39,908 nucleotides of DNA. Source: an uncultured Syntrophaceae bacterium. Lineage in GTDB: Bacteria > Desulfobacterota > Syntrophia > Syntrophales > UBA6807. This document shows, one piece after another, positions 8,637 through 18,047 of the stretch. Below the pieces are notes generated by a model. That model had not been told where the DNA came from. It saw only the letters and a program-made list of their open reading frames with translations, and did not search any database. Location of the stretch: NCBI GenBank assembly GCA_964552105.1, contig CAZKGS010000001.1, positions 1-39,908 of the forward strand. The letters run 5' to 3'. The first letter of the stretch is position 1, and the number at the start of each line of letters is the position of its first letter. A program made the translations under genes and the position numbers.

Positions 8637-8637
8637 A

Positions 8638-8946
8638 ATGGCAAGATCAAACGCTATCAAAATTACTGATCATGAAACCAGCGGGGTAAAATATTCTTCA
8701 TTTATATATGCCGCATTGGTGTTCATGGTGATCGCTCTCATTTATGTTTGGTGCCACATACATATTACGGGGCTTAATTATGACATAGCCAGAGAAATAA
8801 AATTAAGGGATCGTCTGCTGAAAGAAAATAATGAATTGAAAATGGAAATCGGGATGTTGAAATCACCGGCCCGTATTGAGTCGTTTGCAAGGGATAAGTT
8901 GCAGATGCATTACCCGGAAAGAGATCAGGTTGTTATTTTGAAATGA
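8638..8946 (+). CDS. ftsL: FtsL-like cell division protein
   Basis: About 102 aa from ATG 8638 (GAGAGGA upstream, 1 nt after the rsmH stop). Single TM segment (YAALVFMVIALIYVW) followed by a coiled coil (LKENNELKMEIGMLKSP). Position between rsmH and ftsI. Confidence 0.7.
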   Translation: MARSNAIKITDHETSGVKYSSFIYAALVFMVIALIYVWCHIHITGLNYDIAREIKLRDRLLKENNELKMEIGMLKSPARIESFARDKLQMHYPERDQVVILK

Positions 8947-10913
8947 CCAATCAAGCAAAGAAATGGCTAAAATTCAGAGTTGTAACGGTATTGATTTTTT
9001 TTGCGGTGCTGTTTATAGCCCTCGTGTCAAGGGCATTCCAGCTTCAGATTCTTTCCGGAGAGGCGCTGAAAGCGAAAGCTGAGAAACAACACACGAGAAT
9101 CCTGGAGTTTCAAAGTGAGAGAGGTCATATATTTGACAGAAATGGGGAGGTTCTTGCGGCTAGTCTAATGGTTGATTCTGTTTATGCCAGCCCATCACGG
9201 ATAAAAAAACGTAAAAAGGTTTCCGCAAAACTTTCATCCATTCTCGGTATAAATAAAAAAGAGATAAATAAGAAGATATTAAAATATAAAAGGTTCTGCT
9301 GGATAGCCAGAAAGATTTCTCCGGAACAGTCACGTCGCATAAAATTGCTGAATATGGACGGCGTCTATCTCATAAAGGAACCGAAACGCTTTTATACAAA
9401 TAAGGGATCAGCCGGTCATCTCCTTGGGTTTGTGGGAATGGATTCAGATGGATTGGGAGGACTGGAGCTCAAATATAACAGATATCTGAAAGGAGCAATA
9501 AGGAAGGTTTCGTGGGGAAAGGATGCAAGGGGACATAGACTCTATATGGGGAGCAGCTCCGCTGATAAAGAAGAGGGCGGAGGTTGCAACCTGATTTTGA
9601 CGATCGACAGCAGGATACAGCATATTGTTGAATTACAGTTAAGAGAAGCAACAGAAAGCGCCGGTGCAAAAGGTGGAATTGCCATTGTCATGAACCCTGG
9701 GACTGGAGAAATACTGGCTATGGCAAATGAACCGGGCTTCAATCCCACAGTTTTTACTCGGTATTCAGATGAAATGAGGAAAAACAAAGCTGTTACCGAT
9801 TGTTTTGATCCCGGTTCAATCTTCAAACCATTTGTCGCGGCTGCCGCTTTAGAAGAGGGAGTTGTAGAAGATGGAGATGAAATTAACTGCGAAAACGGGG
9901 CATATCTTGTGGGAAACAAGATTATACACGACGCACAGGGAGAAAAATATGAGCGCCTCACTGTTCGGGAGATCCTTAAATATTCAAGTAATATAGGTGC
10001 TGTCAAAGTGGCAGAAAGACTTGGAAAAGAAAAGGTTTATCAATACGTGAGAAAATTTGGATTTGGTTCCAGGACAGGTATTAATCTGCCAGGCGAAGCC
10101 TCCGGAATTTTGAGAAAGTTTCAATACTGGACTGATGTTGATTTTGCAACGATGTCCTTCGGTCAGGGTATTTCGGTGACTGCAATACAGATGATTACTG
10201 CCATGTCAGCTATCGCAAATCAGGGTGTTTTAATGAAGCCTTATGTCGTTCGTGGATTGGTGGATAAGAATGGACGGGTTATCGAGGAATTTACACCGAC
10301 CGTTGTGGAAAAAGTCATTTCACCCCTTACCGCACAAAGGGTCACATCCTTTTTGACAGATGTCGTTGGTGATGAAGATGGTACCGGGAAAAAGGCCCGC
10401 ATAGTTAATGTCTCCGTGGCTGGTAAAACAGGAACATCACAGAAGTTTGATTTCAATGCCGGGCGATATTCATCAGATAAAGTACGGGCTTCGTTTATAG
10501 GATTTTTTCCAGCCGAAAATCCTCAGATAATCATTCTTGTTGTTCTTGATGAACCGAAGACGAAAAGATGGGGCGGACAGACGGCTGCTCCCGTCTTTAG
10601 AAACATTTCGGAACAGATATTAAGGCGCTTCAGCAGGAGTATAGGGGAAAGGGAGTTCGTCGCGGAGAAAATAAATATAGAAATGAAGAATGTTTCCGCT
10701 CCGGAAGTGATTATCGGCCATACCGAGATGGATGAATCAACCATGCCCGATTTCACGGGTATGGCAATGCGAGACGTTCTGAGAATTGCCGGGGAAATGG
10801 ATATGAATCTCAGACTTACAGGGAGTGGTTGGGTTGTGAGCCAGAAACCGGCCCCAGGGTCGCCGATTTCAGATCAGCTTCATTGCAGCGTTTTGTTAAG
10901 TCCCGGGGATTAA
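8943..10913 (+). CDS. ftsI: Peptidoglycan D,D-transpeptidase FtsI (class B PBP) with a C-terminal PASTA domain
   Basis: N-terminal TM segment and dimerisation domain. Transpeptidase motifs SIFK (SxxK), SSN (SxN) and KTGTS (KTG). The last 56 aa (MPDFTGMAMRDVLRIAGEMDMNLRLTGSGWVVSQKPAPGSPI) fit the PASTA pattern. Confidence 0.9.
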   Translation: MTNQAKKWLKFRVVTVLIFFAVLFIALVSRAFQLQILSGEALKAKAEKQHTRILEFQSERGHIFDRNGEVLAASLMVDSVYASPSRIKKRKKVSAKLSSILGINKKEINKKILKYKRFCWIARKISPEQSRRIKLLNMDGVYLIKEPKRFYTNKGSAGHLLGFVGMDSDGLGGLELKYNRYLKGAIRKVSWGKDARGHRLYMGSSSADKEEGGGCNLILTIDSRIQHIVELQLREATESAGAKGGIAIVMNPGTGEILAMANEPGFNPTVFTRYSDEMRKNKAVTDCFDPGSIFKPFVAAAALEEGVVEDGDEINCENGAYLVGNKIIHDAQGEKYERLTVREILKYSSNIGAVKVAERLGKEKVYQYVRKFGFGSRTGINLPGEASGILRKFQYWTDVDFATMSFGQGISVTAIQMITAMSAIANQGVLMKPYVVRGLVDKNGRVIEEFTPTVVEKVISPLTAQRVTSFLTDVVGDEDGTGKKARIVNVSVAGKTGTSQKFDFNAGRYSSDKVRASFIGFFPAENPQIIILVVLDEPKTKRWGGQTAAPVFRNISEQILRRFSRSIGEREFVAEKINIEMKNVSAPEVIIGHTEMDESTMPDFTGMAMRDVLRIAGEMDMNLRLTGSGWVVSQKPAPGSPISDQLHCSVLLSPGD

Positions 10914-10975
10914 ATTCGAATGTTCAAAACTGTTTCGAAAATTTGATATTCGAATTTCGGATTTGCGGATTTGCC
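10913..10975. repeat. Intergenic repeat module (family C) between ftsI and murE
   Basis: AATTCGAATGTTCAAAACTGTTTCGAAAATTTGATATTCGAATTTCGGATTTGCGGATTTGC. It shares the 12-mer ATGTTCAAAACT and TGTTTCG with 14036-14082, and ends in the tandem 8-mer GGATTTGC x2. Confidence 0.5.
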
Positions 10976-10992
10976 GCTTTAGAAAGATTAAT

Positions 10993-12513
10993 ATGAAACT
11001 GTTTAGCTTGATAGAAGGGATAGACGTTCTTGAGGTTTCCGGAGATACGGGGGGAGAAGTTCTGGATGTCTGCTATGATTCAAGAGAGTGTGGAAAGGAT
11101 TCTCTTTTCGTTGCTATTGTCGGCCTGAAGTTTGACGGACATGACTATGTATCAGAGGCTATAAAGAGAGGGGCCAGGCATATAGTTTATGAAAGAAATG
11201 TTCCGCAAGAACCGGGGATTACATTCATCAGGGTGGGAGACAGCCGGCGGACACTGGGTAAACTGGGGAAAAAGTTTTATAACAATCCCACAGCCGAATT
11301 GTGTTTGATTGGCGTTACTGGAACAAACGGAAAAACGACGGTTACATATTTTTTAGAATCGATTCTCAAGGCCGCTGGTTTTCGTGTTGGAGTAACAGGG
11401 ACTATTAATTATCGATTCAATGGGAAGGTATTTCAATCTGACATTACGACGCCGGAGTCTGTTAATCTGCAGAGAATTTTCAGAGATATGGTAGATGCCG
11501 GGGTTACCCATGTTATTGCAGAAGTATCCTCACACGCTCTTGATTTCAAAAGGGTCGATGATTGTGAGCATGACATCGGAATTTTTACGAATCTTTCCCA
11601 GGACCATCTTGATTATCACCACACGATAGAAAATTACTACCTGGCGAAAAAAAGATTCTTTCAGGAGTTATTGAAAGAAGGAAAAAAAATGATCATAAAT
11701 GTGGATGATCCCTGGGGGAGAAGGATGATTCATGAGATGGGAACAAGGGGGATTACGTTTGGCATCGAAAATCAGTGCGATATATATGCAGATGAATATG
11801 ATATTTCCCTGAATGGAATAAATGCAAACATAAAAACCTCAATGGGAAGTTTTTCCATATCATCTCCCATGACAGGGAAATTTAATCTGTATAATATTCT
11901 TGCATCAGCATCAGCAGCTACAATGCTTAATGTTTCAGAAAAAAATATTAAGAAAGGTATAGAAACATTACGAAGAGTTCCCGGTCGTTTTGAAAAGGTG
12001 AGCAAGGAGAATGAGCCTGCCGTTTTTGTGGATTATGCCCATACGGATGATGCACTGAAAAGCGTTCTTGAGAATTTGTCTTATTTTAAAACGAGTAAGG
12101 TAATCACCGTATTCGGCTGTGGTGGAGACAGAGATCGCGGAAAAAGACCCCTTATGGGAAAAGCGGCTTCAGAGTTGAGCGATCTGACTATAGTGACATC
12201 TGATAATCCAAGAACAGAAGATCCCCTTGAGATCATAAGCGAGATAGAACGGGGAATAAAGGAAAGTTCGATAAGAAAATATAATTCCGAAGATCTTTCG
12301 AAAGGTTTCAGTAAGAGGGGATATATTATTATACCTGATCGTGAAAAGGCTATTAATCTGGCTGTATCCCTTGCTGATCCTTTAGATATTATACTTATTG
12401 CCGGTAAGGGCCATGAGGATTACCAGATTACAGGTGAGAGGAAAATACCTTTTGATGATGTGTCGGTTGCCCGGAAGGCCCTCGCGAAACATCGGTTCAG
12501 GAGGATGCGTTGA
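10993..12513 (+). CDS. murE: UDP-N-acetylmuramoyl-L-alanyl-D-glutamate--2,6-diaminopimelate ligase MurE
   Basis: GVTGTNGKTT P-loop. The DNPR motif (SDNPRTEDP) indicates meso-DAP specificity. The likely start is ATG 10993 (MKLFSLIEG); the track ORF begins at 10963. Confidence 0.95.
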   Translation: MKLFSLIEGIDVLEVSGDTGGEVLDVCYDSRECGKDSLFVAIVGLKFDGHDYVSEAIKRGARHIVYERNVPQEPGITFIRVGDSRRTLGKLGKKFYNNPTAELCLIGVTGTNGKTTVTYFLESILKAAGFRVGVTGTINYRFNGKVFQSDITTPESVNLQRIFRDMVDAGVTHVIAEVSSHALDFKRVDDCEHDIGIFTNLSQDHLDYHHTIENYYLAKKRFFQELLKEGKKMIINVDDPWGRRMIHEMGTRGITFGIENQCDIYADEYDISLNGINANIKTSMGSFSISSPMTGKFNLYNILASASAATMLNVSEKNIKKGIETLRRVPGRFEKVSKENEPAVFVDYAHTDDALKSVLENLSYFKTSKVITVFGCGGDRDRGKRPLMGKAASELSDLTIVTSDNPRTEDPLEIISEIERGIKESSIRKYNSEDLSKGFSKRGYIIIPDREKAINLAVSLADPLDIILIAGKGHEDYQITGERKIPFDDVSVARKALAKHRFRRMR

Positions 12514-13958
12514 AAAATTCCCGACTCCCTACACTCGCAGCAGAGGAAATCATGAAGGCAACCGGGGGAAACCTTATTCAGGGTAGCGGTTGTCAGGTAT
12601 TCAATGGAGTATCAACAGATTCAAGAAACATAACAGGAGATACTCTTTTCATTCCTGTTGTGGGAGATCGGTATGATGGTCACGATTTTATTGAGGAAGC
12701 CCTGCGAAGCGGAGCCTCCGGTTTGCTTCTTCAAAGGGGAAAGGAAAAAGCAGTAGAAAAAGTTTCCGGAGATGTTCCCGTCATTTGTGTGGAGGATACC
12801 TTGAAGGCATTGGGGGATATTGCCCGTTTCCAGAGGGATCGGTTTAAGGTACCTGTTGTGGCCGTAACAGGAAGTTCAGGAAAGACAACGACAAAGGAAA
12901 TGATAGCATCAATAGCGGGGCTTTCAATGAATATCTTAAAAAGCCCGGGTAATTTTAATAACCTTGTAGGATTACCGTTAACCCTTCTGGAAATGAATTC
13001 TGACCATGAAGTGGCAGTTCTTGAAATGGGAACAAACAGAAGAGGAGAAATCGCCAGGCTGACGGAAATTGCAAGTCCCGACGTTGGGGTCATAACCAAT
13101 ATCGGACCGGCTCATCTGGAAGGGCTTAAATCGTTGGATGGAATTCGAGAGGAAAAGGGAGATCTTTTTTCCAATATGGAGGTCGGCGCGGTGGCAATCA
13201 TAAACTGTGATGATGAAGCAGTAAGGATGGTGGCAAAACAGCGGAAAGGAAAGTCCATCACCTTTGGTATGAAAAAAGATGCCTTTGTCCACGCAGAGAA
13301 TATAATAAAAAGGGGAGAAGATGGGGTAAGTTTTACCCTTGTCATGGGGAAATTCAAGAGAGAAATAGACATGTCAACATTCGGTGAACACAATATATAT
13401 AATGCCCTTGCTGCGGCCGCATGTTCCCTGGCTTTAGGTATTGATCATGACGTGATTTGCGAAGGATTGACAAGCTTCAGGCAAATTGACGGGCGGATGG
13501 ACCTTCACAGGTTAAAAAGTGGAGTGTATCTCATTGATGACACATACAATGCTAATCCTGCGTCAGTAAGAGAAGCCCTCAGGTCATTGAGGGATTTGAA
13601 AGGAACTAATGAGAGTATGGTTATCCTGGGAGACATGCTTGAGCTGGGGGATCAATCGGAGGAGATTCATGAAGATGTGGGGAGATATCTGGCAGACACT
13701 GGGGTAGACAAGGTTTTTCTCAGGGGAAGGTTTTCCCACGCGGTGGCAGCAGGGGCAACAAAGGGCGGGTTAAAAATTGATCAGATATTTTTTATCGATA
13801 ATCCCGGCAAAATGGCTGTGTGTCTGAAGTCATGTTTGAAGGAAGGGGACTGGGTGTTAATTAAAGGGTCCAGGAAAATGAAAATGGAAGATGTAACCAA
13901 GGCAATTATCGAAACGTTTGGTGAGGAAACGGCAGGGGAAAGCAATTTTGAATTTTGA
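12510..13958 (+). CDS. murF: UDP-N-acetylmuramoyl-tripeptide--D-alanyl-D-alanine ligase MurF
   Basis: AVTGSSGKTTTKEM P-loop, NIGPAHLEG, DDTYNANP. The TTG start overlaps the murE stop by 4 nt; ATG 12552 is an alternative. The last residues (SNFEF) are encoded by the 33-nt repeat. Confidence 0.95.
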   Translation: MKNSRLPTLAAEEIMKATGGNLIQGSGCQVFNGVSTDSRNITGDTLFIPVVGDRYDGHDFIEEALRSGASGLLLQRGKEKAVEKVSGDVPVICVEDTLKALGDIARFQRDRFKVPVVAVTGSSGKTTTKEMIASIAGLSMNILKSPGNFNNLVGLPLTLLEMNSDHEVAVLEMGTNRRGEIARLTEIASPDVGVITNIGPAHLEGLKSLDGIREEKGDLFSNMEVGAVAIINCDDEAVRMVAKQRKGKSITFGMKKDAFVHAENIIKRGEDGVSFTLVMGKFKREIDMSTFGEHNIYNALAAAACSLALGIDHDVICEGLTSFRQIDGRMDLHRLKSGVYLIDDTYNANPASVREALRSLRDLKGTNESMVILGDMLELGDQSEEIHEDVGRYLADTGVDKVFLRGRFSHAVAAGATKGGLKIDQIFFIDNPGKMAVCLKSCLKEGDWVLIKGSRKMKMEDVTKAIIETFGEETAGESNFEF

Positions 13959-13976
13959 ATTCTTAATTTTGAATTA
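13944..13976. repeat. 33-nt heptad-based repeat (family B), copy 1
   Basis: AATTTTGAATTTTGAATTCTTAATTTTGAATTA is identical to 16565-16597. Internally it is AATTTTG/AATTTTG/AATTCTT/AATTTTG/AATTA. It overlaps the murF stop codon. Confidence 0.85.
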
Positions 13977-14035
13977 CGGGTGGGTGGAATGGACAAACCA
14001 CGTGCGGTTCGACTGAGCGCTCACGTCGAAGTCGA

Positions 14036-14082
14036 AATTCGAAACAAATGTTCAAAACTTTATGAATTGTTTCGTGTTTCCG
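14036..14082. repeat. Intergenic repeat module (family C) between murF and mraY
   Basis: AATTCGAAACAAATGTTCAAAACTTTATGAATTGTTTCGTGTTTCCGG shares AATTCGAA, ATGTTCAAAACT and TGTTTCG with 10913-10975. Confidence 0.5.
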
Positions 14083-14108
14083 GTTTATCAGGCCTGGGGG
14101 ATCTGTAA

Positions 14109-15188
14109 GTGATTTATCATCTTTTATATCCATTAAGCGATACATACTCATACTTTAACGTTTTCCGTTATATAACCTTTCGGACGATCTATGCCGCCAT
14201 AACCGCCCTTGTGATATGTTTTGTTCTTGGCCCTTGGCTCATCGGCAAACTTCAATCATTACAAATCGGACAGCCCATCAGAGATGATGGTCCCGATTCT
14301 CATTTGTCAAAGGAAGGAACTCCGACGATGGGAGGTATCCTTATTATCTTTTCCGTAGTTTTGTCCACGCTTCTGTGGGCGAAGCTGACTGTGGATTATG
14401 TTTGGTTCATCCTCGTGATTACGGTTGGATATGGCCTGATAGGCTTTACAGATGACTACCGGAAGCTTACAAGCAGAAGCAGTAAAGGGATTCCGGGAAT
14501 TATAAGATTAACGGGAGAAGTAATCCTGGCACTTCTCGTCGGCATCTTTTTGTATATGAAGCCGGGTTTTGACTCACATGTAACAATACCTTTTTTCAAG
14601 GCGATTTTGCCGGATTTGGGATGGGGCTACATCGTTTTTTCAGTGTTCATTATAGTAGGTACGGCCAATGCAGTAAATCTTACGGATGGACTGGACGGTT
14701 TGGCCATAGGGCCTGCGACGATTTGTTTTGCCACCTATCTCCTTTTTGCATATTTTACGGGAAATATTAAGATATCCGGATACTTACAGATACCGTATGT
14801 GGCGGGTACGGGAGAGCTGGCTGTCTTCTGCGGGGCTATGGTGGGTTCCGGTATCGGATTTCTCTGGTACAATACGTACCCGGCTCAGATTTTTATGGGC
14901 GATGTGGGATCACTTTCACTGGGCGGTGCCCTGGGGACTCTCGCTGTTTTGACAAAGCAGGAGGTTCTTCTTGCGATAGTAGGCGGGATATTTGTTGTCG
15001 AAACAATCTCCGTCATATTCCAGGTGGGTTGGTTCAAGGTGTCAAATGGGAGACGTATATTCAAAATGGCTCCAATTCATCACCACTTTGAGCTGAAAGG
15101 ATGGGCTGAGCCAAAGGTGATTGTGCGCTTCTGGATTATCACCATTATTCTTGCCCTCGTTGCCATAAGTACGTTGAAGTTAAGATAA
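14109..15188 (+). CDS. mraY: Phospho-N-acetylmuramoyl-pentapeptide transferase MraY
   Basis: GTG start (MIYHLLYPL). Motifs [33 protein letters not shown] and APIHHHFE. Polytopic membrane protein. Confidence 0.95.
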   Translation: MIYHLLYPLSDTYSYFNVFRYITFRTIYAAITALVICFVLGPWLIGKLQSLQIGQPIRDDGPDSHLSKEGTPTMGGILIIFSVVLSTLLWAKLTVDYVWFILVITVGYGLIGFTDDYRKLTSRSSKGIPGIIRLTGEVILALLVGIFLYMKPGFDSHVTIPFFKAILPDLGWGYIVFSVFIIVGTANAVNLTDGLDGLAIGPATICFATYLLFAYFTGNIKISGYLQIPYVAGTGELAVFCGAMVGSGIGFLWYNTYPAQIFMGDVGSLSLGGALGTLAVLTKQEVLLAIVGGIFVVETISVIFQVGWFKVSNGRRIFKMAPIHHHFELKGWAEPKVIVRFWIITIILALVAISTLKLR

Positions 15189-15201
15189 GGTAATAGACGT
15201 T

Positions 15202-16560
15202 GTGGATCTTTCCGGTAGAAGGGTGATGATTATCGGTTTAGGGAAAACCGGAGTAGCTACAGCCAGATTTCTGGCAGAAAGGGGATCTCACGTTTTAATC
15301 GCTGATGAAAAGCCGGCTTCCGAACTGGAAGATGCAATTCGTTCACTCGGGGATTTGAATGTAGAGTTGGAACTGGGGGAAAATGACCCTCACATTCTTT
15401 CACACATTGATATTGTCGTACCTTCTCCGGGTGTTCCTCCTTTTAATTATCTGCTTGCGGGGGCACGAGAAAAAGAAATACCGATTTTAAGTGAGATTGA
15501 ACTTGCTTACAGATTTATAAGAAAGCCGATCGTTGCCATTACCGGTACAAACGGCAAGACAACGACAACAAAGCTGATTGGCCATATGCTTTTACAATCG
15601 GGGAAAAAGACATTTATGGGAGGAAATATCGGCAATCCCCTTATAGATTTTGTAAACGGGAAACAGGAAGAAGATTATCTGGTTTTAGAAATTAGCAGTT
15701 TTCAACTTCAGTGGACACATCTTTTCCGTCCTCATATATCGGTTCTTTTAAATATAAGCAATGACCATCTCGACTATCACAAAACTTTTGAGGAATATCG
15801 GGCAGCCAAGGAAATGCTTTTTGCAAATCAGGCTGAAGGTGATCTGGCCGTTCTCAATGCCGGCGATCCGTACTCGGGGGATCTTTCAAAAAAGATAATG
15901 GCCGACGTTAAATATTTTAGTTCTTCATCCACACTGGAAGAAGGGATTTTCATAGACAATACGGTTTTAAGATATCGGGATCGTGAAGGTAGAAACGAAG
16001 AATATGCCCTTGAAAACATGAAGTTGCGGGGAAAGCATAATCTCGAAAATATTATGGCTTCAATCCTTGTGTCAAGACAGTGTGGATGCCCGCCCGACAG
16101 GATTAAGAAGACGCTGGAGGTATTTGAGAGTCTGCCTCACAGGATAGAATTTGTCGGGGAAAGAGATGGCGTAGAATTTTACAATGATTCGAAAGGGACA
16201 AATATAGATGCGGTGAAGAGGGCCCTGGAGGCATTCTCCAAACCGGTTATTCTTCTTCTGGGCGGGAGAAATAAGGGTGGAGATTTCAAAGTCCTTTCCC
16301 ATCTTATCAGGAAAAGGGTTAAGGAGTTGGTTTTATTTGGTGAGGCAAGGAAAGAAATAAATGAACTCGTCGGTGGAATTGTGAAGACAAAAATAGCAGA
16401 AAATCTCGGGGAATCTACTTATGTGGCGTGGAGGGATTCTTCAGCCGGTGATGTCGTACTGCTTTCGCCTGGGTGTGCCAGTTTTGATGAGTTTGCCAAT
16501 TATGAGGAACGGGGAAGCTTTTTTAAGGATTTGGTCAGAGGGATCAAGGGAAAAGGATAA
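15202..16560 (+). CDS. murD: UDP-N-acetylmuramoylalanine--D-glutamate ligase MurD
   Basis: IIGLGKTG Rossmann N-terminus, AITGTNGKTTTT P-loop, NDSKGTN and LSPGCASFD motifs. GTG start. Confidence 0.95.
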   Translation: MDLSGRRVMIIGLGKTGVATARFLAERGSHVLIADEKPASELEDAIRSLGDLNVELELGENDPHILSHIDIVVPSPGVPPFNYLLAGAREKEIPILSEIELAYRFIRKPIVAITGTNGKTTTTKLIGHMLLQSGKKTFMGGNIGNPLIDFVNGKQEEDYLVLEISSFQLQWTHLFRPHISVLLNISNDHLDYHKTFEEYRAAKEMLFANQAEGDLAVLNAGDPYSGDLSKKIMADVKYFSSSSTLEEGIFIDNTVLRYRDREGRNEEYALENMKLRGKHNLENIMASILVSRQCGCPPDRIKKTLEVFESLPHRIEFVGERDGVEFYNDSKGTNIDAVKRALEAFSKPVILLLGGRNKGGDFKVLSHLIRKRVKELVLFGEARKEINELVGGIVKTKIAENLGESTYVAWRDSSAGDVVLLSPGCASFDEFANYEERGSFFKDLVRGIKGKG

Positions 16561-16564
16561 ATAT

Positions 16565-16597
16565 AATTTTGAATTTTGAATTCTTAATTTTGAATTA
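16565..16597. repeat. 33-nt heptad-based repeat (family B), copy 2
   Basis: Identical to 13944-13976. Lies between the murD stop (16560) and the ftsW start (16634). Confidence 0.85.
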
Positions 16598-16633
16598 AGG
16601 GCAAAGGATTAGGGATTAAAATGAGGGGGGACG

Positions 16634-17764
16634 TTGGAAGAGAAGAGATATGATCTTGTCATTTTGCTCGTTACCCTGGCTTTAGTAACGATAGGTACCG
16701 TTATGATATACAGCTCAAGCTCAATCATGGCTATGGAGAGGTTTAAGGATGGGTACTATTTCCTCAAAAAGCAGATTGTATTCGTATTCCTGGGACTGGG
16801 TGTAATGATCATCATGTCTAAAGTTCCCTATTATCACCTTAGAAAAGTTGCATATCCGGGTATTATCTTTTCTATTGCCCTTCTTTTCCTGCTTTTCGTT
16901 CCCGGTTTTGGCGTTAAGGTAAGTGGGGCAACCAGATGGCTTAAAATTGGAGGATTTACATTTCAGGTGACGGAACTGGTAAAAGTCGCTGTGGTTCTTT
17001 TTCTGGCACATTTTTTTACGAAAAAGATTGAACACATAAGGGAGTTTTTCAGAGTCTTTCTTGTTCCATTGACCATAACCTTCTTAATAGTAGGTTTTGT
17101 CTTGCTCCAGCCGGACTTTGGCACTTCTGTTGTTATAATAATTGTTATGATGTTTATGTTTTATCTGGCGGGGTGCAGAGTTCTGTATATGGCAGGCCTT
17201 GCAGCTCTTTTTGCTCCCGCCGGTGTGGCTTTAATTATTTATAAGAGTTACCGCCTGGAAAGATTACTTTCATTCCTTGATCCCTGGAAAGATCCGAGTA
17301 ATTCCGGGTTTCAGATCATCCAATCATTCATTTCTTTCGGTTCCGGTGGAACTTTTGGTGTCGGCTTCGGAAACAGTATGCAGAAATTATTTTATCTTCC
17401 TGAACCTCACACTGATTTTATTCTTTCCGTCATTGGCGAAGAGGGCGGCTTCTTTATGGTTGCTGTTGTTATTGTTCTCTTTGTCCTCCTGATTGTTCGG
17501 GGGCTTATGATTTCCGTTCGGTCTCCTGATGTATTCGGGACCCTTTTGGCCGGAGGGATGACGGTCATTATTGCAGTGGAAGCATTTATAAACATGGCCT
17601 GCGTTATGGGCCTGGTACCGACCAAAGGGTTGGCACTTCCCTTTTTAAGCTACGGTGGCACCTCGTTAATTATGAGCATGATAATAGTGGGTATTCTTTT
17701 GAATATATCGTCATATGTGCAAGCGGATGAAGGTAACGGGAAACAAAAAGCTGCACCCGCATAA
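16634..17764 (+). CDS. ftsW: SEDS-family peptidoglycan glycosyltransferase FtsW
   Basis: About 10 TM segments. Motifs PDFGT, GFQIIQS, GSGG, LPEPHTDFI and LPFLSYGGTS. Position between murD and murG. TTG start with GAGGGGGG upstream. Confidence 0.9.
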   Translation: MEEKRYDLVILLVTLALVTIGTVMIYSSSSIMAMERFKDGYYFLKKQIVFVFLGLGVMIIMSKVPYYHLRKVAYPGIIFSIALLFLLFVPGFGVKVSGATRWLKIGGFTFQVTELVKVAVVLFLAHFFTKKIEHIREFFRVFLVPLTITFLIVGFVLLQPDFGTSVVIIIVMMFMFYLAGCRVLYMAGLAALFAPAGVALIIYKSYRLERLLSFLDPWKDPSNSGFQIIQSFISFGSGGTFGVGFGNSMQKLFYLPEPHTDFILSVIGEEGGFFMVAVVIVLFVLLIVRGLMISVRSPDVFGTLLAGGMTVIIAVEAFINMACVMGLVPTKGLALPFLSYGGTSLIMSMIIVGILLNISSYVQADEGNGKQKAAPA

Positions 17765-17815
17765 CGTTTTGAGCAGCCGTGTTATGAAAACATGAACTGA
17801 TAAAGAAGGATTAAT

Positions 17816-17977
17816 ATGGTCAAGCTGATTGTCATGGGCATATTAATAGTAGCCTTCTTCACCATTTCAACGTGCAAGGTTGCCGGGAAGGAAGTACCAC
17901 CCGTGATATCTAAAACCTGGGAGAAAGAGGGAGCACTCCTGCAGGAGATACCTCGGCATGTTATAAAATCGAATTAG
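17816..17977 (+). CDS. Small (53 aa) lipoprotein-like ORF in the ftsW-murG gap (below the track's size cutoff)
   Basis: ATG at 17816 with AAGAAGGA 5 nt upstream. Translation: MVKLIVMGILIVAFFTISTCKVAGKEVPPVISKTWEKEGALLQEIPRHVIKSN. It has a hydrophobic signal with a lipobox-like ISTC. TAG at 17975-17977. Confidence 0.4.
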   Translation: MVKLIVMGILIVAFFTISTCKVAGKEVPPVISKTWEKEGALLQEIPRHVIKSN

Positions 17978-18047
17978 AGAAAAGATGTTCCGGACGCAAT
18001 GATGCAAGGCTTCGCATCTGGAATAAAGACGAGCCGCTAAATTTAGT

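Noticed and set aside
13944-16597. Whether the short identical repeats could be a CRISPR array or its remnant
   Set aside because: There are only two copies, 2.6 kb apart and separated by essential genes. The repeat is AT-only heptads, and there are no spacers or cas genes.
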